Part shown: positions 9,237-18,867 of the stretch, piece by piece
Numbering within the stretch: position 1 is the first letter of the stretch
Layout of the letters: every line of letters begins with the position of its first letter
IMG/VR virus record: IMGVR_UViG_3300036760_000193
Location: 155,395-193,203 of that record
Length of the DNA stretch: 37,809 nucleotides
From: a virus
Taxonomy: Duplodnaviria > Heunggongvirae > Uroviricota > Caudoviricetes
Strand: one strand, 5' to 3'
Program-made: the position numbers and the translations under genes
Notes under the pieces: generated by a model
The model's input: the letters and a program-made list of their open reading frames with translations, nothing else
Databases searched by the model: none
What the model was told of the DNA's origin: nothing

Positions 9237-9475
9237 AGGCTGTTTTGGACTGTGACGCCGCTGCTATTCAAAAGATTTATAACTTGTGCGATATCTTCAG
9301 GATTATAATTAACAATCCCGATGGATTTTACCGCTTCGTGAAGTTGATCTTTTGTGATTGAGGGCTGCTTCCACGTTTCTTTGATCTTTTGTACAATCAA
9401 GTTTGGGTCAAATGACAGAGCACCCATCTTAACCAACTTAATTTTCTCTGGGGAACCTACTTTATTTAAGGCCAT
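9227..9475 (-). CDS. Hypothetical protein (MALNKVGS...)
   Basis: AGGAG RBS before ATG 9473-9475, just after the portal stop; the longer track ORF overlaps the portal. Confidence 0.65.
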   Translation of the reverse strand: MALNKVGSPEKIKLVKMGALSFDPNLIVQKIKETWKQPSITKDQLHEAVKSIGIVNYNPEDIAQVINLLNSSGVTVQNSLKV

Positions 9476-9479
9476 ATAA

Positions 9480-11126
9480 TTATTCTCCTGGTACTGCTGG
9501 TGCTGTAGGGGCTTCCCCTCCTGGGGCACCGCCTGGTGTTGCTTCTCCTGCTCCAGGTTGTCCTGGTTCGCCTGGTTCTTGTGGCATAGGCGGTAAATCA
9601 CCCACACTCATTTCACCACCACCTGGAAGCTTACCACCACCTCCACCGCCTCCACCACCGCCACGGCTAGGTTTGCTGATGCTCTTAGGGAGTCTACCGT
9701 CTTTTGATCCTTTATCGAATATCGTACCACGTTCATCTTCAAGATTCTTAAGTTCCTCATCATAATTGATATTAGGGAACTTAGAAAGAAGCGTTTTTGT
9801 AGAAAGCAAGCCCTTCTCCCAAAAAGCAATGAATCTCTCTTTCTCATCATGCTCTTCTTCGATGTCCAAAGACTTGTTCCAAGAGATGGTAGGAAGGATC
9901 AACTTCTTTTTACCATTATCTGTGGTGTAAAAATTATTCTTTTTGGCAATAGGTCTGAAATACTTATTTATCATCCAGTTCTCGAACCTGTCACGAATGA
10001 CTTTGTATACCATCATTAATTTGTGCAAGGCCATTGTCTTCACATTACTAAATGAAGGCCCTTCACCCAATATGATGTTCTTGTTAACACCCAAACCTAC
10101 CAATAGTTGGTCATGGATGTATTCATACTCATTGTTGATTGGAAACTGCTTACCAAGAGTGCTCAGAGCTTCGTACTTAACAATATCTGGGTACACAATT
10201 GTAAATGGAGGCTGCTGCAATGCCTGGTTAACCATTGATCGAAACTCTTCCAAATCCGCATCTGTCGGATTAATGTTATTGGCAGGGTCTCCGATTTTCC
10301 ACAATTCTACTGGAAATACATAACGCTGAGCAAATGCAGACTGCGCCAAACGAATCCAGTCCTGATAAATTAAAACTTTGAAAAGACATTGAATAGGACT
10401 TGTGCCTCTTGTAGCTGACGGATCAGTCGTGTTGGCGATAATAGAAGCGTGTTCTTCGCTGATAGGAATGTTCTTTCCATTCACTACGGCATCATACGCC
10501 TGGGGAGCTTCTTTCTTCAAACGCTCAATACGAGTTTGATCTTCGTCTTTGGTACTTTTGACAAGCTGTTTAAGCTCTTCATTGGGGACAAGTTCCATAG
10601 TCATCTTACCCTCGAACATGTCATACTGGATTTCTACATATTCTGGTTCAAGAAGAACGAATTTCTCCCAACGATATAGACCGTCTTCGCCTTTTGTCAT
10701 GTTACCAAAGGGAATGGCCTCTCCGAACTTCTGATAGCTTAAGCTGGCCTTTAATAGGAAGTCAAACAAGTCAAAATTCTCATTGAAAGACATTTCTTTG
10801 TAAAACTCTGTGATAGATTCATCATCTGTGCTGATTTCAAACTTAGAAAATGGATACAGGGAGTGCATTATAATAATTTGCTGGACATATGGCTCCAGGT
10901 TGAAGAATATACGCGCCCACTTCAAAATTTCTTGTCTAGATTTTGGAAGTAGCCATGATTCTGTCGTTAATTCTGGTGAATAGAAAAATGAAGACGTAGT
11001 TTGGACGTTTGTTGTCGCCGTCTTTTGCATTCCTCCACTATATGACCCGAATGAAAACGTTGACCCCGTTGTGGTCTTACCGCTTTTCTTTACAAGTCCA
11101 CCTGATTTTGCTTTACCTTTTGCCAT
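9480..11126 (-). CDS. Portal protein
   Basis: 548 aa downstream of terminase; 'RIFFNLEPYVQQII', 'FGEAIPF', 'RGTSPIQC', 'LLVGLGVNKNII' portal-like motifs; Gly/Pro-rich C-terminal tail. Confidence 0.8.
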   Translation of the reverse strand: MAKGKAKSGGLVKKSGKTTTGSTFSFGSYSGGMQKTATTNVQTTSSFFYSPELTTESWLLPKSRQEILKWARIFFNLEPYVQQIIIMHSLYPFSKFEISTDDESITEFYKEMSFNENFDLFDFLLKASLSYQKFGEAIPFGNMTKGEDGLYRWEKFVLLEPEYVEIQYDMFEGKMTMELVPNEELKQLVKSTKDEDQTRIERLKKEAPQAYDAVVNGKNIPISEEHASIIANTTDPSATRGTSPIQCLFKVLIYQDWIRLAQSAFAQRYVFPVELWKIGDPANNINPTDADLEEFRSMVNQALQQPPFTIVYPDIVKYEALSTLGKQFPINNEYEYIHDQLLVGLGVNKNIILGEGPSFSNVKTMALHKLMMVYKVIRDRFENWMINKYFRPIAKKNNFYTTDNGKKKLILPTISWNKSLDIEEEHDEKERFIAFWEKGLLSTKTLLSKFPNINYDEELKNLEDERGTIFDKGSKDGRLPKSISKPSRGGGGGGGGGGKLPGGGEMSVGDLPPMPQEPGEPGQPGAGEATPGGAPGGEAPTAPAVPGE

Positions 11127-11128
11127 TG

Positions 11129-11416
11129 TTATTCTCCTCTATTCTCTTTCTGTTCTTTTTCTTCTAATACTTTCGCCTCTTCTAATTCATCTGCTTCTTG
11201 CTGTTCAGTTTGCTGTTGTACCTCTATCTGTATGCCTTTATCAACACTATTAATGCCTTTCTTTAGGCAATTAATTGAGGCAACAAGATATTCCTGCGCC
11301 TGTAATAAATCATTTTTATTGTACTTCGAAAATTTACCACGTACAGATTCAAACACATCGCTGACTGCGATGAGATTGTGAACAACTTCTTTTAATGTTC
11401 TGTATTCGCGGCTCAT
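11129..11416 (-). CDS. Hypothetical helical protein between terminase and portal
   Basis: ATGA overlap with terminase stop; acidic tail. Confidence 0.6.
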   Translation of the reverse strand: MSREYRTLKEVVHNLIAVSDVFESVRGKFSKYNKNDLLQAQEYLVASINCLKKGINSVDKGIQIEVQQQTEQQEADELEEAKVLEEKEQKENRGE

Positions 11417-13029
11417 TTCAAGTACCTATTGTCTTCTTTTTTGTTGCTCATGATACGACTTTGAGCACTGATCCCACTACTAATCTTAGGAGTTGGGATT
11501 TTGTATGTAGATGCCATTGCTGCTGGGAATGAATTACTTTTATCCATAGCCCATACTGCCAAAACATCAGCAGAACAATGGTCATCATGTAAATCTGATG
11601 GGGCTTTAATCTTATCGTTAATACCCCCACCGCCAGCTATATGACGTTCGATGTTACACCACTCATTGTATGACTTCTTAAAAACTTTATTTTTGTCTAT
11701 CGTGTCCAAAGATGGGAATAAAACGCGACCCTCATCCAATTCATGCTTGAACTCGTCAAACATGGCATTTTTATAATTCTTCTTAGATTCGCTCTCTTGT
11801 CTACCAAACATGATTCCCTCAATTGGGATTCTTTCTGCTTTGAAAAACGGAATAATAGCTTGAGCCACGTTACTGTGGTCAGCGATACCAAATACACAAG
11901 GAAAATCTCCAGTTATAGGATGAATGATCTTTTTAATTTCTTCCCACTGTGTAACTATATCCCCTTGCCACTCAAAACAAGCTACTTTCTCTTTAACATT
12001 ATCACCACGCTTACGCCAAATAGATAATGCTGTAAAGTCTAAATCTTTCTTCTTAGGCTGCAATGATCCTGGGGCGGTATCCAGACCAAAAAAGTAATGT
12101 TCTTTTAATTCAGGACGCGCATGTTTCAAAATACTATGTGTCCCACTTATTAACATCGCTTGCTGACGTTCGTTCAAGTCCAAGTCGATATCAGACACCC
12201 ACTCCATTGCGAACTGTGTCTTGTATTCAAAATCTGAGTATTCTCCTTCATAATGAAGGTCTGGACGATCTGGAAACAATACTTGCTTCGTATTCAATGA
12301 CAATTTACGAACGATATGATCGGGATAGTCAATTCCATTGTAACGGAACGAACCACTTGTCTTCAGAATATCGCACTCAAGCCAATTACGCTTCAGAACA
12401 GTGTAGTCTCTGCTGGCTACACAGCTTTTCCAAAAATTGTTTTTAGCAGCAGGTATACCGATTTTAATAGTTTTTGCCATCGCAAAACTACCTAACATTG
12501 GGTTGATGTGCTGATTAACTACAGCGTCTTCAATTCTATGACACTCGTCTAAGACGATGACATGAAAATGCCAACCTTCTTTCTTGGTGGTTGGAGCCGC
12601 TGACATCGCTAAAATTTCTGATCCATTATTAAAAATTAACCGAGACTTCACAGAGTCTTTCCAATTGATCTTTGAGTGCATTACTGTACCAGGCTTAATA
12701 ATGTTCTTTCTGATTTCCTCAATAATACGTATGGCCTGGTCTGCTCTGGGGGCGAATACTCCAATCTTGATTCCGCGCTGTCTAACACACAACTTTGAAA
12801 GGGCAATACCTACTGCAAAGGTTTTACCTGCACCACGGGCTTGCATTACAGCTAAATTTTTTATTTGGGGGTTTAGGACGGCGTTTACAATTTCAATCTG
12901 ATTATCATATAAATCTATGCTCAGATTTTCGTAAATCCAACGAGCAGAATTGCTTGCTGATCTTAGAAGTTTTGTGGCCTTCGTACTTAATGTTTCTACA
13001 CTATCAAGTGTTTTTTTCCGAAATATCAT
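11413..13029 (-). CDS. terL: Terminase large subunit
   Basis: Q motif (LYDNQ), Walker A QARGAGKT, Walker B VIVLDE, RNase H-like nuclease motifs FGLD and HDDHCSAD. Confidence 0.9.
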   Translation of the reverse strand: MIFRKKTLDSVETLSTKATKLLRSASNSARWIYENLSIDLYDNQIEIVNAVLNPQIKNLAVMQARGAGKTFAVGIALSKLCVRQRGIKIGVFAPRADQAIRIIEEIRKNIIKPGTVMHSKINWKDSVKSRLIFNNGSEILAMSAAPTTKKEGWHFHVIVLDECHRIEDAVVNQHINPMLGSFAMAKTIKIGIPAAKNNFWKSCVASRDYTVLKRNWLECDILKTSGSFRYNGIDYPDHIVRKLSLNTKQVLFPDRPDLHYEGEYSDFEYKTQFAMEWVSDIDLDLNERQQAMLISGTHSILKHARPELKEHYFFGLDTAPGSLQPKKKDLDFTALSIWRKRGDNVKEKVACFEWQGDIVTQWEEIKKIIHPITGDFPCVFGIADHSNVAQAIIPFFKAERIPIEGIMFGRQESESKKNYKNAMFDEFKHELDEGRVLFPSLDTIDKNKVFKKSYNEWCNIERHIAGGGGINDKIKAPSDLHDDHCSADVLAVWAMDKSNSFPAAMASTYKIPTPKISSGISAQSRIMSNKKEDNRYLK

Positions 13030-13192
13030 GTTGTCCTTCGCTCGTCTCTTCTCTTACTAATTTGTAAAAGCCACAAGACTTGCACTCAAATATCTTCCAC
13101 GATTTAGTTACACCCGCTACGCCAGCTACTGGCCCAGAAGTGACACCCGTTAAAAGGTTGAAGTCCTGTTCTTCACATTTCTCGCAATACAT
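13004..13192 (-). CDS. Small zinc-ribbon protein
   Basis: MYCEKC...FECKSCG; start at the ATG at 13190-13192 avoids overlap with the upstream gene. Confidence 0.55.
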   Translation of the reverse strand: MYCEKCEEQDFNLLTGVTSGPVAGVAGVTKSWKIFECKSCGFYKLVREETSEGQHDISEKNT

Positions 13193-13197
13193 GAAAC

Positions 13198-13404
13198 TTA
13201 TACTTGTTTTGTTTGGCCGTTTTCTGGTTGTTCTGGCAAACAAAGTTCACCATTAGATAGACATTCACGAACTTTACGAGACTTCTTTTTGATTTCTTCC
13301 TTATGTTCCTCAATAGTCTTGTAATCATCATGAAATGTATCTTTTGGCAGCATCCCATTCTTCTTAAACATTTTTGCTTCCTCCGTCACTTCCCCCGTTC
13401 CCAT
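13198..13404 (-). CDS. Hypothetical protein
   Basis: Fills the gap in the operon; charged, helical; start uncertain. Confidence 0.45.
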   Translation of the reverse strand: MGTGEVTEEAKMFKKNGMLPKDTFHDDYKTIEEHKEEIKKKSRKVRECLSNGELCLPEQPENGQTKQV

Positions 13405-13645
13405 TCTTGCGACCGAGAGTCGCTAACAATATTTCTAGCGTTTTATCCACATCGTTTGCTAGTTCGTAATAAACTTTTTGCATGTTCTGATTTTCTTGAA
13501 TACGTTTCTCTTGTACTTCTTTATAATCTTTAAGTACCTGAGAATAGTTTCTGTATAACAGCCAGCATCCAACCAAGAGAATTATTCCAGCTGGGCCTAA
13601 AATTGCTATTAACTGTGGATTCAGTAAGAGATTTACAATATCCAT
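13364..13645 (-). CDS. Single-TM membrane protein, holin-like
   Basis: Hydrophobic helix LIAILGPAGIILLVGCWLLY followed by a charged coiled coil. Confidence 0.5.
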   Translation of the reverse strand: MDIVNLLLNPQLIAILGPAGIILLVGCWLLYRNYSQVLKDYKEVQEKRIQENQNMQKVYYELANDVDKTLEILLATLGRKNGNGGSDGGSKNV

Positions 13646-16600
13646 TTACTGCGCCAGTTGTGGAGATTGTTCGGAACCTGTGGCTCCTGTAAGTGCTTGA
13701 TAAGCGGCATTTACATTCTCCAACATATAATTGATTATGTCCATCATGTCAGCCCGTTTGTCAAAACGTGACAGTTGTTGACTTTGTGCTTTAGGGAAAG
13801 GAATGATCTGACGCTTCTCAACTGGTTTTGCATGGGCTTGTGCGCCATTCAAAGCATTTTCTAAATACTTAGTGATCTCAGGGAATTTCTCAATTGCAGC
13901 CTTCAGCTTCTCTGTTGCCGTCCATTTAATCTCTTCCTTACCTTGTTCTTTAACATAGGCAAGGAGTGTGCTATCGACTTCAACGACTTTGGCATTCAAG
14001 GTCTCAAGAGCAGAATATAATTTTTGTATGCCCACTTGATATTGCTCTGTTAATGCTTGTTCACCACCTTGTTCTTTGACTTTACGAGCATCATCTACGG
14101 CCTTTTTCATAATCTCATCAGCAGCAGTTTTGAGCATTTGAATCTTTATCTCAGTATCTTTAACTTGATTGTATAAATTATTTACAATGTCAGGAGCCAA
14201 AACAGGAGTTTCTTCTCTCAAACCTTCGGGGGCTTTCTTCCAAGGTTTGGTCATCTCTGGGCCTTTAATTTCTGGCTCTACGGCAGGTTTAGGATCAGCT
14301 GGAGATACAGTTTGTTTAGGAACCTTATCACCAGGAGCAGCTTCCTTTTCCTTACCATATTTAGAACAATTGGGGCATTTGTTATCGGGATGCAATGGAA
14401 GGTCTTTACGACCACATTGGGTGCAAGGAACATTTTCATCTTTTGGATCAAAGCCATAAGGATTCTTAGAAGCTGCTTCTTTATCTTCTACACTTTCGTT
14501 ATCAAACGCCCAATGGCAAGAGTCACATTTATTTAATTTATGGCCGAAAGCGGGAGTGACATTTGTACTACCACAATGTGGGCATTTAAGTTTAGCAGGA
14601 GCCGCTTCTTTCAAAGACGATGCCATATTCTCTTTTTCTTCATTTGCTCTTTCTTGTGCATTAGAAAGAATACTATAAAGTTGTTTATAGTCTACATCTA
14701 TGCTCACGCCACTTACATTTTGAATTTGATAATCACTGTACCCCTTCTCTTCCAACATTTCAGTGACACGTTTAGCAAGTGCACCTGTAATGTTCTTCTC
14801 ATCCAAGCTGGGGTTTTCTAAAATTTTACGTATTACTGGATCAGATTCTAATTCATCAGTATTAAGCCATGCTCGAACCCACGCATTTGCATCAGCTTTG
14901 GATTCTGCTTCTTTTGTAAGTTCCGCATCAACACCTTTAATCTCAGCCATGATAGATCGCAACTCTGCTTGGGCACTTCTAGCTTTTTCTTGTTCGCGTT
15001 TTCTTTTACGGTCAGCAGCAAACTTTACAAGGCGTCTAAATTCCGAAGCACGTTTAATATCACGCATAGGAACATCTTTGATGTCCCCATTAACATCTAC
15101 AAAACCAAATTCATCTCCACCAGACGAGAATTTTCCAACTAAAGTACCTTCATACCCACCTTCTCCACTCTGATAGTCTTTCATGACATAAACTTTAGCA
15201 TCTGGGCCAGGAACAATTTCATCTTCCTGTACCTGCATAATATCACCTGGGTCTGGCGAAGCAGCTGGGTCGTCCTTCATGTCATCTGACATGTTCGTTT
15301 CGTCAGGTAGAAAATCAAAATCTTTTCCCATCTCAGGACGAGATTTGGGGATAGTTTCAAGAGGTTCTTCTGCCACTTTCTGTATTTCTACACTTTGGGT
15401 AGCAATCTCACCTAATGCCATATCATGTTTTTCTATTTCATGTTCCAATGGTGGTTCAACAGCCGGGGGTTTTGTTTGATCGTCTACTTCTTTGACCAAT
15501 TTATCATGGGTCTCAGGAGAAACTAAATCTGCTGGGGGTTTTGGTGCTGAGGGGGCAGCTGGAGCCGCTGGGTCTTTAACTGGAGGTTGCCCAGGAGTTT
15601 GACCAGGTACTCCACCGTGTTCTGCTTCACGAAGAGCATCAATGTATGCAGCAACACTATCTTTATCATATTGTAATTCTTTGGTAAAATAGTTCTTAAT
15701 TTCTTCCCAGGTACGCCCCTTCGTTCTAAAAGCATCAATAAGTTCATCATCAGTTTCGTCAAATGTGGATGCTACTTTACGTTCAAGAGCACTTTTAACT
15801 TGGTCTTTAACTTCTCTCTCTATACGTTTTGTTAAACTCTTTGATTCTTTGGCCTTATTTTTCTCGTAATCCTCATATGACAAAGATGATGGAGCCAAAC
15901 CATCTTCTGGTTGATCTTCACCAAGTCCTTCTCCAAGACCTTCCCCTGGCATTTTGTTCTTATCCATTGGAGGAAGATCGTCTTTGAAATCACCAAGTTG
16001 CTTACCACCAGGTTGATTTTTCTTGTTCATTTCCTGGTATTTCTGTAGCTCTTCTGGCGTTTCAAAAAATAAATTTTGCATAACTACTTTGGCAACTTTA
16101 CCCAAAGAAGACTTCTTCTGTTGCGCCTTCCACGAAGCCCATTCTTTGATCCACTGATTCAGTGTTTTTTCGTCAATATTAAATCCCATACCTTCTTCAT
16201 TAGCAACGTACATGAGATGATTCATAATATCGTCTTGGTCAGCAATATATCCCATACGAGAATTTTCTTCTTCGTATTGGCTAAGAACTTGGTCAATCCA
16301 TTCAGGGCTACCAACATCTTTAGATGTGTCGTCGATATCATCCAATTCATCTGCTTTGACTTTCTTAGAGGCATTTGTATTTGTAATTGGAGCGGGGCTA
16401 CCGTCAACAAGTTCATCGGTATAAATAGAATAACGTTTTAGGAGAGAACGAACAAGAGAAGCAGCGGATTCCATTTTCTCTGTTCTGGTAAGGTCAGCAG
16501 CCTCTTGTAGGTCGGACTTCATTGACCCATACAAGTTTTGGGCTTGCATTTCATCTTGAAATTGTTTTTCGTAAACTTTGTTCTTAGAATCAGTCCAAAA

Positions 16601-16756
16601 TAAAGAAACCACAGATGTAGACGACTGATCTGTGGATGGGGTGTAAGCAAGACTGATTGAACGTACATTACTTCCTACTGCTGTAGGGTCAACGACGTTA
16701 AATCTTTCCATCACTGGCTGTTCAGAAGCAAATAAATTACGTAAAAATTCGTACAT
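13646..16756 (-). CDS. Large modular acidic protein with K-x-A linkers (putative internal head protein)
   Basis: 1036 aa; small domains, two Zn ribbons and a C-terminal coiled coil separated by SLGKVA, LERKVA, IQKVA, LVKFA, LTKEA, SSLKEA, DKEA, EKEA, FDKRA. Confidence 0.7.
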   Translation of the reverse strand: MYEFLRNLFASEQPVMERFNVVDPTAVGSNVRSISLAYTPSTDQSSTSVVSLFWTDSKNKVYEKQFQDEMQAQNLYGSMKSDLQEAADLTRTEKMESAASLVRSLLKRYSIYTDELVDGSPAPITNTNASKKVKADELDDIDDTSKDVGSPEWIDQVLSQYEEENSRMGYIADQDDIMNHLMYVANEEGMGFNIDEKTLNQWIKEWASWKAQQKKSSLGKVAKVVMQNLFFETPEELQKYQEMNKKNQPGGKQLGDFKDDLPPMDKNKMPGEGLGEGLGEDQPEDGLAPSSLSYEDYEKNKAKESKSLTKRIEREVKDQVKSALERKVASTFDETDDELIDAFRTKGRTWEEIKNYFTKELQYDKDSVAAYIDALREAEHGGVPGQTPGQPPVKDPAAPAAPSAPKPPADLVSPETHDKLVKEVDDQTKPPAVEPPLEHEIEKHDMALGEIATQSVEIQKVAEEPLETIPKSRPEMGKDFDFLPDETNMSDDMKDDPAASPDPGDIMQVQEDEIVPGPDAKVYVMKDYQSGEGGYEGTLVGKFSSGGDEFGFVDVNGDIKDVPMRDIKRASEFRRLVKFAADRKRKREQEKARSAQAELRSIMAEIKGVDAELTKEAESKADANAWVRAWLNTDELESDPVIRKILENPSLDEKNITGALAKRVTEMLEEKGYSDYQIQNVSGVSIDVDYKQLYSILSNAQERANEEKENMASSLKEAAPAKLKCPHCGSTNVTPAFGHKLNKCDSCHWAFDNESVEDKEAASKNPYGFDPKDENVPCTQCGRKDLPLHPDNKCPNCSKYGKEKEAAPGDKVPKQTVSPADPKPAVEPEIKGPEMTKPWKKAPEGLREETPVLAPDIVNNLYNQVKDTEIKIQMLKTAADEIMKKAVDDARKVKEQGGEQALTEQYQVGIQKLYSALETLNAKVVEVDSTLLAYVKEQGKEEIKWTATEKLKAAIEKFPEITKYLENALNGAQAHAKPVEKRQIIPFPKAQSQQLSRFDKRADMMDIINYMLENVNAAYQALTGATGSEQSPQLAQ

Positions 16757-16759
16757 TGG

Positions 16760-16966
16760 TTAATCCTCTCCTATAGTCTTTAGGCGGTCATCGTGGCAAC
16801 GAGTGCAAGTGGAATGATTTTTTAATTGGTATCTTCGTTTACCGTTTACTTTCCCAATAAAATCCCAAATTTGTCCATGTTCCTTAAAAGTATGATTGCA
16901 CATTGGGTGAACATTTAGATGGAGAGCATTTTTCACTCTATCCATCAAACCGGACAAAGAAATCAT
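16760..16966 (-). CDS. Small Cys/His protein
   Basis: CNH...CTRC; tightly packed between neighbours. Confidence 0.5.
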   Translation of the reverse strand: MISLSGLMDRVKNALHLNVHPMCNHTFKEHGQIWDFIGKVNGKRRYQLKNHSTCTRCHDDRLKTIGED

Positions 16967-16971
16967 GGCTG

Positions 16972-18396
16972 TTACGCCTTTACTTCATGCTCTGGTTGTT
17001 TCTCTGTTGGGGCGACTTTTGTAAAAGTCCAAACGCTTCCACTGTTAGCTTCCTTGCTAAGATTATTTTGATCTTTAGAAGTTAGCTGCCAATGAAATCC
17101 ATCAGCATATACTTTTTCGCCAATTTCCATATCTTCGGGAATGCCATAGGAGGCTAGAGTGTGTTTATCAATGTTTAGAACATCAACAGGGCCGATGAAT
17201 TGAACGCCGCCGACTTCTCCAGCAGTTTTTGTAATTTTTTCTTCTTCAAATGCTGCTGTAGTTTCATTCTCTTTCCAAAGTTCAGCTTCATCAATATCTT
17301 GAATACGATCCAAGGTTTCTTGTGTGATTGATTCTGCAATTTTGCTTTGTAGGTCAGCTGTTTCGGAAACCAATTTAGCGATGACTTCTTTCTTTGGAAG
17401 TGAATAAGAGAAATCACGAACTGGAACTGAGAAAGTTACAACCTTCTCACCAACTTCGTCGATAAGAGAGGCAGTCACTTTGAAAGAAGCTGCATCAGAA
17501 TTGTCAACGGAAAGGACTTTGACATCATTGTATCTTAGATTGCGAAGATGCGCGACAACTTCATTGGCAAGTTTTGTTGACAATCTGTCGATCTCTGCTT
17601 GAGTTTTTTGGCTCTCAAACTCTTCGGCTTGGCGGTAGGAATCTGCTTGATGACCTAAAAAGAGATTACCCTCTTCTACGGCCTCAACTGGCTCTTCAAG
17701 AGCAGCGGTCTTCGTCACTGTTTCTTTATTGAAATCAGCAGCAGTGATGATGCTCTCTACTTGAATGGATTGAATAGATGGTTCCGAAAATGACCCAGCG
17801 TAGCTAAGTTCATAGTGGTTTTCTAGAATGGAATTCTTAATTTGATTCTCAAGGGTTTCTTTGAAGAAAGCTTCTTTGTCTTTCAAAGATTCGTATTCTG
17901 CCTTGCTGATAACACCAAGCTCTCTTCCAGAATCTAATGCAGGATGGTAGACCTTCAAATAGTCAGAACCGTCATCATGAAGAAGGAACTGGCTTAGGTC
18001 GGCTTGAACTGGAAATGCTTGTACAAGGTCAATAGTCTCATCGGCTGTAGTTTTAATTTCAGCTGAATCAACTAAACTCTTTAATTCTGTGTCATCAATC
18101 AATTCTACAGTGTTTGCTTTGACAGGAAGAGAAATCGAAATAGTCTTATTCCCTACATTTGCGTTAACTGTGATTGATCCATCGAAAACAATGTCAGAAG
18201 TGGAAGCACCTGCTACCTGCGTCAGAGTTGTCTCTGTGGCAGAGGCGATCTTACCATTCCCATACAATGTGAAAAATCGTGTAAGTAATTTGTTTTCGCT
18301 ATCCCGAACAAGTTTTTCTTTGGCCTCATCAATTCGAGCCGCTTCTAGTTCAGTGGATTGGCGATATGTGTCCGGAATCCTGTAAATTTCATTCAT
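16972..18396 (-). CDS. Acidic protein with internal duplication and two K-T-A linkers
   Basis: AGGAG RBS; VTKTAA and ITKTAG divide it into three parts. Confidence 0.7.
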   Translation of the reverse strand: MNEIYRIPDTYRQSTELEAARIDEAKEKLVRDSENKLLTRFFTLYGNGKIASATETTLTQVAGASTSDIVFDGSITVNANVGNKTISISLPVKANTVELIDDTELKSLVDSAEIKTTADETIDLVQAFPVQADLSQFLLHDDGSDYLKVYHPALDSGRELGVISKAEYESLKDKEAFFKETLENQIKNSILENHYELSYAGSFSEPSIQSIQVESIITAADFNKETVTKTAALEEPVEAVEEGNLFLGHQADSYRQAEEFESQKTQAEIDRLSTKLANEVVAHLRNLRYNDVKVLSVDNSDAASFKVTASLIDEVGEKVVTFSVPVRDFSYSLPKKEVIAKLVSETADLQSKIAESITQETLDRIQDIDEAELWKENETTAAFEEEKITKTAGEVGGVQFIGPVDVLNIDKHTLASYGIPEDMEIGEKVYADGFHWQLTSKDQNNLSKEANSGSVWTFTKVAPTEKQPEHEVKA

Positions 18397-18407
18397 TTTG
18401 TGTTCTC

Positions 18408-18803
18408 CTATATAGCCTGATGGCCTTTTAAGTATTCTTGTGCTTTCAATTTGAAACGCTCAAAAATCCCAAGATGTGTGTTGCAAGTACCACACAGTAA
18501 ACTCCTAACAACTCCTGTTTCATGATTGTGGTCTACTGATAGCCTTCGCACAGTATCTTTCTGATTTATTCCGCAAATTGCACAACACCCATTTTGTTTA
18601 TCAAACAAATAAAGGTACTCTTCAAAAGAAATTTGGTATCGCGCTTTAATATTGCGCTTGTAGTGCGCCAACTGTCCCTTAAGAGTGGTATTATATTCCC
18701 TCTGACAACGTTTTATGTTTTGTCTTCCAGTGTCAGACTTCCTATATTCTTTCATGTAAACTGCTCTTTCTTCTTTTGTCATCATAATTGTATGTCTAGA
18801 CAT
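18408..18803 (-). CDS. Endonuclease VII-family (His-Me finger) free-standing homing endonuclease
   Basis: QNGCCAICG...LSVDHNHETGVVRSLLCGTCNTHLG. Confidence 0.85.
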   Translation of the reverse strand: MSRHTIMMTKEERAVYMKEYRKSDTGRQNIKRCQREYNTTLKGQLAHYKRNIKARYQISFEEYLYLFDKQNGCCAICGINQKDTVRRLSVDHNHETGVVRSLLCGTCNTHLGIFERFKLKAQEYLKGHQAI

Positions 18804-18807
18804 AACC

Positions 18808-18838
18808 GTATATAAACATTCGAAAATATTATACTTTT
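18808..18838 (-). promoter_or_regulatory. Conserved 31-bp dyad motif, copy 2
   Basis: - strand AAAAGTATAATATTTTCGAATGTTTATATAC, identical to the copy at 35184-35214. Confidence 0.7.
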
Positions 18839-18867
18839 AACGCATTCTGAATGCTTATTTATAATTT

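Noticed and set aside
9625-9670. Poly-Gly ccacc/ccgcc repeat
   Set aside because: Ordinary low-complexity portal tail.
11129-13404. Terminase small subunit among the small ORFs around terL
   Set aside because: No recognisable HTH or oligomerisation pattern; cannot assign.
13364-13645. Complete lysis cassette
   Set aside because: Only a holin-like single-TM gene; no endolysin or spanin recognisable nearby.
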